Origin: Octopus sinensis | Taxonomy: Eukaryota | Assembly: GCF_006345805.1 (NCBI RefSeq) | Contig: NC_043001.1 | Span: 8,432,001 to 8,496,000, forward strand | DNA length: 64,000 nt | Direction of reading: 5' to 3' | Shown here: one piece after another, positions 9,627 to 24,768 of the stretch | Layout of the letters: the number at the start of each line of letters is the position of its first letter | Position numbering within the stretch: position 1 is the first letter of the stretch | Made by a program: the position numbers and the translations under genes | Notes under the pieces: generated by a model | Told to the model about the DNA's origin: nothing | What the model saw: only the letters and a program-made list of their open reading frames with translations | Database searches by the model: none

Positions 9627-10421
9627 TATCAATCTATCTATTTACTAATAGGGAGATATTCACATTTAGCAGATATACACATACAAGTTGATATACACGC
9701 ACGTACGCTCATATACGCACACAATTTTGTATTAAAATCAGTGCTCGAGTGTGATTCGTGTTCTGTGTATTACATATACGCTGATGTATGTGTGCTTGTA
9801 AGCAAGCTCCTTTGCATTTACATATATTAGCAAATTCTGTGTCTCTGATTGTATATATTATATCTCAAATTTCAGTACTAGACAGGTTCTCACCTGGTTA
9901 GGCCAGCAGGAAATTCACGGTATATCGGCAATTATGTATGCACTTTCAGCTCTTCACTTTGCTGGAAACTATTACTCGCTTCACTAGCCTTCCGACATTT
10001 ACGACTGATATTCATTTTGAATATAGCAATTCAATGCAACATGATAAATGATTGCACAAAAAATTTTCGACCGGTAATTCCTGTATGAAAATGAATGGAA
10101 TTCTCTTCATGCATGTTATTTCAATTTCTCCATCGTATACTACACTATCAAATATGTATTATTTCTATCGCAATAAGCAAAGACAAATGAAAACTAATGG
10201 GTTGAAATCAATTCGAAAAGGAACAAGTTAGAGTACATGTGTCTAGCTGTAAAATATTTCTGAAGATCATACCTGCGCTAATAGGTTGTGCACCTGTTAC
10301 TTATGAAAGTAGACACATACTCGTTTTTGCAGCATACGATACAGATGCACATATATATATATGCATTTGAAACTGCACTGAGAATTTATATACGTGTGTA
10401 TTTATGTGTGCATGTACATAA

Positions 10422-10457
<36 letters not shown>

Positions 10458-10561
10458 CTGTGTATGCATATGTATGTATGTATATACATATGTGCGTGTG
10501 TATGTATATACAGATCACTGTATACATATATTCTTTCCTTCTACGTATTATTATTATTATC

Positions 10562-11123
10562 ATTCAGTAGTTTTATTTTTATAGCGTGCTTTCACTTCAC
10601 TACCGAGCGCAGCTCTGTGTGCCTTAGGTATGTGCTGTGATTTGTTGTGATGCTTTGATGGTTATTGTATGGAAAGTGTTCTGCGTAGGATGTGTGCAGT
10701 GCCTAGTAGTGCAATTTTCTGTATGTTATGTGTTTGTAAGTCCTGGTGTTTTTGTTATGTATTTTTCTGAATATTTTTTTATCATGCCTAATGCACCAAC
10801 TATGATAGGAATTGTTTCTGTTTTTAGATTCCACATTCTGGTTACCTCTATTTCCAGGTCTTTGTATTTTGAAAGTTTCTCCATTTGTTTTAGAGACACG
10901 TTGTCATCTGCCGGTATTGATACATCAGTTAGAAAGCATTTTTTTCTTCATGATCTCTAACAGCTATATCTGGTCTGTTGGCCTTAATTTCTCTATCTGT
11001 GTGTATCGGCATATCCCAGAGTATGGTTGCTTTCTCATTTTCTTTGACCTTTTCTGGTGTGTGCCTATACCATCGTTTTTCTGCTGTTATTCCATAATGT
11101 TGGCATAGCTTCCAGTGTATGTA
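10562..11123 (-). mobile_element. 5'-truncated R4/Dong-like non-LTR retrotransposon (RLE endonuclease C-terminus + 3' UTR)
   Basis: YIHWKLCQHY..WYRH.PE.V.EN...TILWDMPIHTDREIKANRPDIAVRD, then a frameshift to LIDVSIP.DDN..KQMEKLSKYKDL...MWNLK...PIIVGALG...TAHILRRTLSIQ* (stop 10662-10664). (TAA)n on both sides. Confidence 0.85.
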
Positions 11124-11144
11124 GGTTATTATTATTATTATTGT

Positions 11145-11196
<52 letters not shown>

Positions 11197-13029
11197 TTCG
11201 ACCCTATGCGGCTTGTATTTTCCAAGGCTTGTTGCTGGAACCTGCCAGCTGCTCAAACGGACGAGAGTTGTATGGAATCCTGGGTGGCACATGGAAAGTG
11301 AGTTGCAATTGGTCCACACCTGTACCATGGTGTTGGAAATTTAATGAAATCTCAGTGACATCACATCCTTCAAAATACAAACTTTGGTCTGAAGATAGTG
11401 GCGCCTTGCTGACTGAACAGTATTCAAACGAACTGAAAATATATCGTTTGCCGGCGGCGAGGGTGCGTAGGTGTGTGTGTATTCCCGTTTTGAATGGATA
11501 CATAGATACGCATGCGTATCTGCTATGTGTTCTCGGAGTTACTTGCACGTGAGGGCAGGTGATATCAGCCCGACGCTTAGAATATGCATGCTTGCTCAGG
11601 TGTGTTTGTGAGTGCTTACGTGTGAAATTTCCTATCAGCTATGTTTGTGTGCGTGTGTACGTGTATAGATGGATATGTTTGAGAATTGTGTAGATTTGAA
11701 GGATTAGACATATACATCAGTCGTTTCTTATATCAATATTTTTGTGTGGCCTTAACTTCTTTCATCAGAGTACAACCAAAACATTTTAAGAAAACACTGG
11801 ACACTAACAAAACAGATTTTCCTGTTTTTTCATTCACGAATTGGCGTCTTCTCAGTACATATGACATGCAACGGAGGTTCTGATCTACGACAATTTTGAT
11901 ACTCTACTCCCAAACCTCAAGACCTTTGAGGTTTGCTGTCATGAACCTTCGATTATGTTTTGAAGCACTTGACTGAATTGCGGTGCACTTATAGTATCCG
12001 AATGTTTAGCATGATTTCTCTTCGATGCAGATAAATTTCCCGGTAGTAGTATTCCAAGTTCTTCCTTGTATAAAACATATTGGTAATGTGTAAAACGCTG
12101 CTTTCCGTAAATATGCCAGCTATGAATGCATGAAGTTTCTATATGGTATTACAACTTCCTCTTTTACGAGATTTCTATAAGAAACCAAAACATTTAATTG
12201 GTTCGAATAGGTTAATAATTACGTGTCGATAAATGTATCTTGTACCCCCATTGTGTGTGTGTGTGAGGGATTGTATGTGCCTGTGTGTGCTTCTGTGTGT
12301 GCGTGTCAGAATGTGAATATGTATGTGTGTGTACGTGCGTGTGTATCTGTGTTTCTGCAGTCATGGTTGCTCTGTATAATTTTACTTAAATATTGTGAAA
12401 TAACCACATAAATGTCATTCCATCTCTGAGTATAAACTGATTTTTATTTAGAAATAAATTTGAAAACGCAGGCGATGCTTTCTGTGTTGTTGGTGCATTT
12501 TTATCGTAAATTTATGACTTACTTTGCTCGACGTGTTGATAGTGTGACTTGATAGTTGCGTAGGTGTGATTTAAATGTAACTTTCATGTGAAATATAAAC
12601 GGACGTGTTGCTATATTATTGCGAAATAATATCCATCTATCTTGAAAGAAGCTTTAGATTTACATTAAATTGAAGCAAATATATTTTGGTAGATGCAGAT
12701 AGGTATGAGAATGAAAATAAGAAAAAAAAGTTTAAAATTATCAGAAGGAGGCAAAGATGATGAAGGAACCAAATTAGCTGAAGCTGCAAAATGAAATGAT
12801 GGATTAGGAAAATGAAAAAAAAAATGAAATTGAATATTCAGAAATATTAGAAGAGAAAAAGGCAGAAATAGAAGAATTAGCATGGCGAGAATTATAAGAA
12901 AGTATCATAAAAACCTCGTTGCTGCTGGTTGACTAAATGTGGCAAACACATATACACATACACACAAACACGCACACAGACACATGCATACAGACATATG
13001 TCATATACCCCCATATATATATATATATA

Positions 13030-13403
13030 CTAGCAGTATCGCCCGGCGTTGCTCAGGTTTGTAAGGGAAATAACTATAAAGCATTTTTAGAGAGTTATAG
13101 CCAAAAAATAGCCAAAAAATGGAAAAAAAATGATGGTAACTTTTTTTGAGAGTTAAAAAAGGTGGAGTTGCGTCCCCTAGACGGTCTGTGGTTTGGGTTT
13201 CTGATTCTCGACCCTATGTCGAATTTATCGATTTTTTTCAGAACTGGGGGAACTTTTCAAAATTTTCGCTGCGTTAGTATTGAATTATGACATTGGGCTA
13301 TGTGTGTGTCAAGTTTCATCAGAATCGGTTGAAAGCCGTGGTCAGAGTGAGGGTACGAGAAAACAGACACACAGAAAACGCACAGACAAACTGCCGTTTA
13401 TAT

Positions 13404-13406
<3 letters not shown>
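13030..13406 (-). mobile_element. Non-autonomous Helitron, subfamily A
   Basis: A|TCTATATAAAC...CCTGAGCAACGCCGGG hairpin-CGATACTGCTAG|T: canonical termini and AT target. Confidence 0.85.
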
Positions 13407-13747
<341 letters not shown>

Positions 13748-14872
13748 CGTACACATACATAGGGGATAGGAGTCGTGTTTACAAACTTTCAATTATCATC
13801 ATTTTACTCATACGAATGTACCTGAAAATTTAGAAAGCTTCATTCACCTAAATAACTTCACAAAGTTATTTAGTTCCATCCACAGTACAACAGCTGTGTA
13901 CATTTCAATGCTACACGTACAAGCTCTATTGGGAGCGAGCTGATAGTAAGTCTGTACAGAACAACATTTATCTCGAGTCTCTTCTTCAGATCTGCAACGG
14001 AAACCAATCTTGTTGCAGGTTGTCAGTAGCTGATTCTTCAATCAGCGTTTGTCAAACAACATTGGTTACATTTAGGTTACTCCGTATTTCATCTTGTGAA
14101 ATGTGTTTCGAAAATTGTCTCTTCTCATTAATGAACGGTGCCTTCCTAGTTTGACACGGGGGACGGAAGGTGAATGGAGGGCATCAACTTTTTATAGTTC
14201 TGTGGCAACAACTCTGTAATGAGAAATGTGGCAAGTATTTCTCTTTCCTTCGCGAGTAAAACGTCGGAGAAGTCTTCGTAGATCTACATGGGTGTCTAAG
14301 AACATTTAGGTGAAATTATAGCAATTCAAACAAAGGGACAACAATAGAAATCTCCAGTCTCCTGGTCCCAGATGTATTTCTCGACTCATGCTAATCTTGA
14401 GGGATTGCTCTCCGAAAAAATTAGAAAAGGCAGGAAAAGTAGGATTTCCCAGCTCATTACCGACATATATTCAAAGGATAACCCATTCAATAAATTGAGG
14501 CGGGGGTGATTCCTTATCATTACTTGATAAATTCTTTTTAAAATTTCTTTCAAAATTTAAAATGTCGTTCAAAATAATACACTTACTGATTTTTAGAAAT
14601 GAAAACTAAAGGCTGATTTCACGTACGCGAAACAGCAAAAAATGATAAAGCACGGCATATTTGACACGTCACTTTACCGGAATCATGACAAGAAACTTGA
14701 TTGAAAAACTTCCAAACTGTATCACGAGGATTCAGTTTATGAATGATGTTCAGGTAACATCCGCTATTCTGGAGGCTGAATCAAAAGCGAATTTGGGCAG
14801 ATACGAGAGCAACTGCAGGCGGAATCAAGCAAACGAAGGGGTACATCACAATAAATATTTATATATGCGTCA

Positions 14873-14907
<35 letters not shown>

Positions 14908-14910
14908 ATA

Positions 14911-15097
14911 AGGTGATTTTACGAAAGAAACAAAAGACGAAGACAGGTGGATACAAAACAATCAAATGTATAAGTATACGCTCAGGAATAGAAAAAGTAT
15001 TTTACGTTTCGAGCCTTCGCTCTTCTAAAGAAAGGTACACAGAAAAAAACAAAGAGTGAAAAAAATGCGTGTTGTGGCTAACGGTCTATCATGGCGT
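14911..15097 (-). mobile_element. Dispersed repeat (probable Penelope pLTR) with relic HHR; same family as 30271-30472
   Basis: Minus strand CTTTAGA-A-GAGC-GAAG-GCTC-GAAACGT-AAAATAC; flanked by (TA)n. Confidence 0.65.
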
Positions 15098-15279
15098 CTG
15101 GCATTTATATTAACCCTATATATATATATATATATATATAGAAAATAGTAAAAAGTGAAAAAAAAACAGAAGGCTTGTTTTAAAAGTTTAAAGAATATAT
15201 TTGAGTCATTATGTCAGAAGAATGTTATAAAATTTTCTATAAATTCAACCACGTGCTTTCGCACACCAACTTTCTCACC

Positions 15280-15310
<31 letters not shown>

Positions 15311-15347
15311 ATATATATATATATATATATGCATACATACGTATATA

Positions 15348-15408
<61 letters not shown>

Positions 15409-15538
15409 GTATATATATATATATCACGTGATCACGTGGCTGACCAGACAATCAGACGTTGTTACACATCGCTGGTCACAATGCGTTCGCATTCTTTTAG
15501 CCTTCGAATGACGCCACCCCGCTGGCTAAGCGAGAAGG

Positions 15539-15618
<80 letters not shown>

Positions 15619-16099
15619 ATATATATATATATAATATATATATATACGTGTGTGTGTGTGTGTATGTGTGTGTGTATAAAGAGGGAGAGAAAGAAGACGG
15701 GAATTAAACAGGCCGGTATTTAAACAACCGCATTGACCAGTTCAAAACCCAAAAAAATAAATAAATAAAAACACTAGCTGTTCCTTATTTGTTATTGATT
15801 TTATGACGTCATGATGCCATTCCCAATACTGTGTACTAAGACCAACCCTTGTTTTACAAACACGCAATATATCGCTCAAGCAATCTTTATAGAAAACAAT
15901 CGACTATCAATATTCCAACCATCTGAACTCATCGTTTTATCTACGCATCAACATATGTGTATTTATATATGCGTTCGATACTTTGGAGATAGCTGATTTC
16001 TCTATAAGTCTGTATGTATGCGTACATATATTTATGCATATATATGTATATATAAATATATATATGTATGTATTATATAATATATACATATATATATAC

Positions 16100-16133
<34 letters not shown>

Positions 16134-16135
16134 GT

Positions 16136-16200
<65 letters not shown>

Positions 16201-16334
16201 CATATTATATATATATATATATAAATATATATATATAGGTTTAGTATATGTGTATGTAGACACATATCTATATTCACAGACACACACATGTATACACAAA
16301 AAAACACACACACACACGTATCTCTCTCTCTATC

Positions 16335-16367
<33 letters not shown>

Positions 16368-16437
16368 TGTACACTTAGGTAAACGTTTTTATATGAATGT
16401 ACATATGTATATCTATCTACATATATATACACATATA

Positions 16438-16833
16438 TTACTTTGATACTTTGATACTTTGATAGGTTTCGGCCATTATTGGCCCAGGCCATGTCTAACT
16501 TAATAGCACCACCTGGTGAAGTCTTTCAAGTCAGAATTTGGGCACTATGGCCCACTCAAGTAGAGAGTTATTGTTTACAGAGACATATCCGGGTGTAGGG
16601 GGTTTATCCGGGATTTCTTGAAGGAATCTGTCCAAAGACTTCTTGAACCCTATAGGGTCAGTTTCTGTTTTAATGTGTTTTGGTGTAATGTTAAAGAGAG
16701 CGGGGCCAATTGAGGTGAAATAATGTGCCGTATTGTTGTTATGAGATGAGAGTGCGATTTTTGTTTTGGGCGGATGGCACGGGGCCCAAGCCTTGGATGT
16801 ACCTTAAAGGTGATGCCAACATCATTTGGGCAA
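16438..16833 (-). mobile_element. CR1-like LINE 3' fragment
   Basis: [22 protein letters not shown]...GPALFNIT...DRFLQEIPDKPP matches the C-terminus of ORF 52718-53605; (TCAAAGTA)n tail; embedded in (TA)n. Confidence 0.85.
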
Positions 16834-17024
16834 TATATATGTATATATACATATATTCATATGTATATATACATATATTCAGGTATGTGTATATATATAT
16901 ATAGTATATATATATATACATAATACATATATATATATATATATTATATATATATACATATATACATATATATATATATATACATATATGTATGTATATA
17001 TATAGACATATATATACATATATA

Positions 17025-17065
<41 letters not shown>

Positions 17066-17107
17066 TCTATATATATATATTTATGTATATATATGCATAT
17101 ATGTATG

Positions 17108-17178
<71 letters not shown>

Positions 17179-18197
17179 AATATATTTGTGTGTGTGTGTT
17201 CATGTACGTGTGCGTGCGTCTGTGTATACGTACACGTCTTATACACACGTGACTCTGAATGTGAATCTGAATATATTGAAACAACTATAAAACTTTCAGC
17301 AGTTATCTTTCCTTTATTGTGCTGGTTATATTTTATTCTAGAAACATTGAATTACCGTATAATCTCGTGCAAAAACCAGATAGGAAGGAATATATTATGC
17401 AATAATACATCCATTTTTCTTCTCTTTTTTACATTTCGATATTAATTGCATATCATGTTAGCTAAATTTAATAAATTACTTCCTCTATACTGTGTGATTG
17501 GTGAAATGTATATATTTGAACATAAATAATTGTTTGATGTTCTTATGATAAGGTATAGGCATTAAACACACTTTATATATAAATATATTCATGCGCATTC
17601 ATATCCGTATTTATAAATGGAGGTACGTATAAAATGATTTTAACCCGAATACCTGATCATAAGAACTTCAAACAATGATTTATGTTGACACAGACAACAC
17701 CAGATGCACACGAATGAATACGGAGATACACGGACATATACAAATTCGGATAGATTATGTATAACTGATCATGCAGACATCGGGATTCTAATACACCCAC
17801 ATAAATACATACATATAAAAATATGTGTGTATATGTAGGTATAATATATATATGTGTATACATATGTATATATATGAGTGTATTTATATATATTATTTAC
17901 GTAAGTATACATATGTATACACGTATAATTATGCATGGGTATATACATATATATATTTATGTGTGTGTGTGTGTATCTAGATATATATACACACGCGTAT
18001 ACAATAGATGTTTGTAATGTGTATATATTATGTCCATATATCCAGACACGTTAATATAAATAGATTTATAAGCATTTGCACACATGAAAATCAATATCTA
18101 TTTACATTGATGTATACATACATTCAGAAATATTGCCATGTAAACGTGTATTTATATATAAACATATTACATTCATGTAACTCTCTCTCCTCTCTCT

Positions 18198-18237
<40 letters not shown>

Positions 18238-18314
18238 ATATATATATATATAGATATATATATATATATATATACATATATATATACATGTATATATATT
18301 TATATTCATATATA

Positions 18315-18356
<42 letters not shown>

Positions 18357-18411
18357 TACGAATTTATATGTATTGATGTTAATGTTAGTATATACATATA
18401 TATAATATATA

Positions 18412-18467
<56 letters not shown>

Positions 18468-18724
18468 CTACTTATAATCTATAACACGCAAGTTGTCGAA
18501 TGTAAGAATCCATATGTATCAGGGAAGTGAATTCATATAAACTATCTACGTATACATAATCACACAAAGATGCCTGTGACGCACATGTGTGTATGTGTAT
18601 CCACGTATACACGCATATATATACCCATCCAAACATACAGCCACAGAAATAAGTATTTTGTAATACTAAAGCCATATATACGATACATGCGTACACACAA
18701 TATACATACATACACACAAACACA

Positions 18725-18766
<42 letters not shown>

Positions 18767-19299
18767 GCACTTACACTTATATATATAAACTTACACCCAT
18801 GCATACATACATACATATATATATTGCTTGCACGGACTGAAACATGAAAGATACGTGTACCTGCTTAATATATAGCTTGGGAATATTTTAGCTGCTTTCA
18901 GCTGAACTTTGAAGTGGCTGCCACTGCGAGAGCATGATTTGATCTTCCTTCACATGGTATAAATGTGGAAAGTAGGATTTGATTACTGTCTTTATAGGAT
19001 TAAGAATTTCGTTACCAAAATATACATACGAAAAATACAGTAAAATAAAATAATGTTGTCTTTTATTTTTTTGATTTATTTGAGCAGTCAACACACAAAA
19101 TCGCCACAAACATGATTTATGTTATATTTATGTTGTATAGTATTTTGTTTATATTTATCTTCCTTAACATAGCAATATTTGTGTGGTTTTACGTTTGTGT
19201 TTTGGACATTTGTATTCATAATCGCTTAAATAGGTAATACCGGTACCTGCTTATGTTATTATTACTATTATTTTCATTATTGATATCATTATTGATATG

Positions 19300-19345
<46 letters not shown>

Positions 19346-19363
19346 TATTATTATTATTATTAA

Positions 19364-19406
<43 letters not shown>

Positions 19407-19962
19407 TATTAGTATTACTACTACTACTACTACTAATACTACTACTACTACTACTAACTACTACTACTACTATTATTATTATTATTACTATTATTATTAT
19501 CACCTATGTAAACTTAGTATGGTGAGGAATATGTATTGGTTGCGTAAATTCTATTACGTTATTACGATGCAATGCTTTTACACCCAATCTAAACGCTCCA
19601 GGATTCTTTTTCAGTCTATGTATGACACCTGTTTTCATTTTGTTATTTGTTCACAAATACTATAGATTTCATTAGATTATAGATAATGAGATCGATAAAA
19701 TTATGCACGACCTTCTTGCTTCGTATCTTTAGATTTTGAGGACTTTGTAACTGCATAATATAACTATTATATGATGTGGCACAACAATACCAACACCACA
19801 CTGTTAAACGCATTGTAATGTTTTACCGATTGAATAAACTTAGGACTTCTACTCCGAGTGTTTTGACGTATGCGCATGCTCGCTTTCGTTTCAGATGTAT
19901 TTGCTCACCACCTCGACTTCAACATGTATTGACTTCTTTCAATATTTATAAAATATATTTTA

Positions 19963-20358
19963 CTAGCAGTATCGCCCGGCGTTGCTCGGGTTTGTAAGGG
20001 AAATAACTATATAAGCATTTTTAGAGATGTAAAGTATAATAGTCATCTCAAATGGCTAACCACAAAGTGGGGTGGGTCTTTCTGTAGCTTTTTACGTTCT
20101 GAGATTTAATAATGCATTTTTAGAGAGTTACTTCCCTTATATATGCCAAAAATACATTAAAAATGGGAAAAATTGATGGTAATTTTTTTTTAATCGTAGA
20201 CTCATCTTAGACGCGCGCTAATACCCAGAAGGGCTCGATATGAATCACGACTATAAGATACCCGGTTTTGGTTAAACTGCACCACAAAATGTGGGAGTAG
20301 TTAGGAATCTAAATCGTAGGAGACAGACAGCACACAACCTTACTTTTATATATAAAGA
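19963..20358 (-). mobile_element. Non-autonomous Helitron, subfamily B
   Basis: A|TCTTTATATATAAAAG...CCCGAGCAACGCCGGG-CGATACTGCTAG|T; closely similar to 45215-45608. Confidence 0.85.
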
Positions 20359-20899
20359 TTTCCAATCTATATTGCCAAAGTTTTATGCCGGGTCTTTCTG
20401 GAAACGTATTTTAACAGTGATTTATGCTGTATAAAGCTATACTTCAGAGCAGTGATAGCATTTCTCTCTCAAATTCTTGTGCCTGCGCAGGTCGGACGGA
20501 CTTTATTCAGGCCTAATTTTCTACAGCTATATGTCCTTCTTGCCAACATTCACCCAATTGAAATTAAGGTGACATTTCTTGAAGAACAGAGAATTGTTTG
20601 AAACGAAGATTAGAAAAATACGGTGACACACGTTTATCACAATCGCATTATATGAAATGAAGGAAGCACTAACGCGAGCATCTACGGAATTGGCTCACGG
20701 TTAAGTTGTACTCAGTTTTGGCAAGTAGGGCCGTATTATCTGAGATTAGAAATATGCATGCCATGTAATTTCATGTCAAATTCTTCCTGTATTGTTTCTG
20801 GCGATATGCAATTAATGTAGATGCTTAATAAATATACAGAAGTGATACATTTCTCTCGGAATCCTTCCCCATTTTTGAATCTTACGAATATTTTATAAT

Positions 20900-21170
20900 G
20901 ATTGTCGGGTTTAAAGGTAGGATTTGAAAAGCGAAAACTCCTAAACATTCTACAAATACTAAAGTTTGACTATTATGGTCATACCGGCAGAAGCAAAGCT
21001 TTCGACAATATTTTCATACAAGAGTCAGGCAAAGAACACAATGGAATAATAAATAACAAATAAGAATAACATATGCTGTTCGGCCAAGCGTTGAACGGCT
21101 GCTGGAGAACTGGATATCAATCGGGAAAAATTACATTGTAGTGTCAGAGACGCGCTGCAGGTGTGCCATA
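20900..21170 (+). mobile_element. Degraded LINE RT remnant
   Basis: Motifs GFEKRKLLNIL, SKAFDNI and AGVPY occur in RT order, separated by stops and frameshifts. Confidence 0.4.
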
Positions 21171-21345
21171 CATGAGAACAAAGGTTAAGAGGTGCTCTTC
21201 ACGACCATGTCGTTTCACTTTCAGTTCATTGGCGCAAAAATTTGGGCAAGTATTTTATTCTCTAAATCCTAGTGTACCAATCCATATAGAATTTGGTGGA
21301 CGGAGATTATGTGGAATATACATACACACACACGCATATACATAC

Positions 21346-21424
<79 letters not shown>

Positions 21425-21467
21425 ATATATATATGTATACATTATTTACATTATTAACATTATTTAT

Positions 21468-21620
21468 TATTCAGGTCGCTGCCTGGAATCGAGCTCGGAA
21501 TATTGGGGTTAGTGCACCACGCTCTTAACCACTAGGTCCACGGCATATGGTCTAGGGGTTCAGAGCGCAGGCTACTGACCCCAAGATTCCGAGTTATATT
21601 CCAGCCAGTGACCTCAATAT
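21468..21620. repeat. Head-to-head inverted pair of tRNA-like SINE heads
   Basis: The minus arm TGGACCTAGTGGTTAAGAGCG...GAGCTCGATTCCAGGCAGCGACCTGAATA and the plus arm TGGTCTAGGGGTTCAGAGCG...GAGTTATATTCCAGCCAGTGACCTCAATA are separated by a 7-bp spacer. Each has A/B-box-like motifs and an AAT-rich tail. Confidence 0.8.
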
Positions 21621-21628
21621 TAATAATA

Positions 21629-21664
<36 letters not shown>

Positions 21665-21839
21665 TCGAAAACTACCTTAGAAATGAGAACCCAGGTTCGA
21701 AATTTCCCCAAGACACCAAGTGAAGGTTGGGGGTGTAAATCAGAGGAAACTTTGAATTAACAACAAAGATGAGGACAAATATCCGTCAAATGTAAATAGT
21801 GTACATAGTTCATCACTTAAATACAGAACGATATATATA

Positions 21840-21885
<46 letters not shown>

Positions 21886-22680
21886 GTAAAAAAATACAAA
21901 CCGGTCCAAGGACGCAAAACATTTAGAAGACAATACAAAAATCACGGACGGGACATTCGAAGCCTTCAATCTTCAGTCAAGAACCGGATCATCCTCGCAA
22001 TTTCCGCTGATATTCATATTGAGTAAAAGAAAGTAGTGCAAGAGATTCACTAAATTGTGATTTTATGCAAAACTTATTGCAGCAGTCCTTCAGATTGTCT
22101 AAGATCTCCAAGCAAGCCTTTCGCGTTATCCATAAAGCGAAGATCTTTTCAACACCTACTTGTCTCCCGTTTGTTTACATATGTTTCGTGTGATTTTGTG
22201 CGGATATGTATTTGCTAATATATCTGTGTTTTTATTCGCATCTTGTTGTGTTTGTTTCTACACTGTTTGCTCGGGATGGAGTACAATCCCATAATCTCTG
22301 GCATAATTCGAATGTCCTATAGAATAACGAATCTTTCTTAAAATGATGAAGTGCTGTGGGATTTCTTCATTGGAATTAACACATCATGGTGTCACATAAA
22401 AGTTTGCACTACAATATATGCAGCAAAATAATAAAATGGCATACATATATATATATACATATCATTTCTTTCGTTTTTATTATTATGGTTTTTACTGGAA
22501 CACTTTGACCCGACTGCATGAGTCCTTTATTCGATAATCCGGACCTCAATGAGCTACACTGGCGTTGAGGCATGCTAAGATTTAAATGGCATGGAACCGA
22601 CTCAAACAGTTTTATATAATGACATATGTAGCTCCTACTAGGTTGTTCCTTGTTGTTCCGCCCACTCGTCTATATATGTA

Positions 22681-22754
<74 letters not shown>

Positions 22755-24768
22755 TATTGGAAGAGATAGAGAGAATGAGAGATATATGTATTTCTTCACA
22801 CTTTGCACTGATTCACCTGATTGCTTGTATTTATCAAAATGGAATTCATCTGTTATCCTTTACTTCTTTCACTCAATATTCTGAGGCTCTGTCTCCAGTC
22901 TATCAAAATATTCTGTGATATATTATTCCTGTATTACATTATATTCTCTCTATGACATTATACTATAATGCAGTTAATGTAGCTATACTATGATAGGAAT
23001 TGTTCAAACCTCACACAAAATGTATCCAATCAGATATTAAAGTGTATATCGAGAGAATGCATACTAATTTGGATTCGACATTATTGTGTATTTCATATTA
23101 TTTTATCAACTTATTACTTTCTCTCTTTGAACCCTTGCAATGGTGTTGACAAATATTCAGGTGTTTTTCTTTATTACATCGGCTATGTTAATCGTTTGAT
23201 TTTGATACTCCTATCGATTATTATTTCTCCAATCGTTATCTACAGGTCCCTGACACCTGACAATCGTAATTCATAGAAACGCAGATAGATACAAGCACGC
23301 ATACATACTTGGAAATAATGAAGAAGGCACATATTCATAATGCTGGACCGTGGGTTCCTCCCATAGCAGACATTCTTACAAAGTCTACCTCATTTCCATC
23401 TGGCTCTTATTTTAATAATTCCATACAGCTGACACGTCTCCTTCAATTATTATAATAATTGTTTTCTTTATATTGATAATCTATGTTTATTTGTACAACT
23501 ATATTGAATTTCATACGTTCAATCTATCAAAATATCCTCTGATATATTACTATTGTATTACATTATATTCTGTCTATCAAATTATACTATAATACATTTA
23601 ATGTAAGTTAGCTCTATTACTTGTGTTTTTTTTTCTGTTTAAGAGTATTTTTATTCAGATTCTGTTACTGATTTTCATTTACTGTAATTCATAGTTATTA
23701 AATTCTCCAACCGACCTAGCATTTTTATGAATGCTACGTAAATCTATAGATTTAGCAGACACATTAATGAAGTGAAATTGTTTAGTTAAATTGTATTTAA
23801 ACTACGTCTTTGTCATAACCTGTATTATTGGGCTATAACTTCATTTTTGTAAGCTATTGACAGTAAACAAATATATGTGTTTTTATGCATGCAGCACTTG
23901 TAATTATTCTCACAAGTTCTATATTTTATTATCTATCATTGACGTTAAAATTAACTTCAAATATATTCATATGTGTACTTCTAGACTTCTTTTTGAATAT
24001 ATGATACATGGTTTTCTAGCTCATTAGCTAACCTCCTTGTCATTTATCTTCCTGATATTTATTGATGCTATCCGTTAATGATAGTAACAGTTTACAAATA
24101 AAGAAATATTGGCATATATGTTAAATATATACTACAAGATTTATATGAGATTTTATAAAATCTGCCGCGGATAATTTCTTTGAATATTGTTAAAGATAAT
24201 ACAATATAGCATTTAGATATGAAGTAAAAAGAAAAATTCTATTTTCAATTCCTGCGTTTCATAAAATACATTAAAGTCACCGTTTCCAGGAATTAGATTA
24301 ATGATTGAAATGGCAATTACATACAGAGAACCCGTTTTAAAATAGTTAAGAAACATTGAGATTAGCAGTGTTATTTGAAGCATATAACATTTGTTTATTG
24401 GTTGATATCTTGAATGGAACCAAGTGACATTTGAAGTCCACAATATATACGCATTGTCATTTCAAATGTGCATCCCTCCTTTCCTGCTGCTAAATTTGGT
24501 GACCATTACGAAGATATGTTAATATAATCTTTTATATAGACACCACAATATCAGCCTCAAGTTTCTGAAATTAATTCACGTATTTCGATATTCGAAGCAA
24601 GTATTTCCAAATAACTGTTGTTAATAGTAATCTCATTTGATGTGATTTACATATTCTTTTATCCATTCATAGAAGAAATGTAAATTATTAGATTTTTTTC
24701 TTTAGCTTGACATTTTCCAGAGGCGATATTGTCAGAATTTCAAAGCAACTTCCAGTACAATTACTCAC

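Noticed and set aside
11713-11775. Minus-strand CTGATGA...GAAAC
   Set aside because: Helices I and II cannot be formed.
21712-21755. ACAC-CAAGTGA-A-GGTTG...CAGAG-GAAAC as a hammerhead
   Set aside because: Core and all helices are too degenerate; noted only as a possible relic.
21950-21990. Minus-strand CTGAAGA...CTTCGAATGTC as a hammerhead
   Set aside because: No GAAA core and no convincing helix I.
24213-24443. Hydrophobic 76-aa ORF as a membrane protein
   Set aside because: TTG start, stops close on both sides, AT-rich composition, no splice support or motif.
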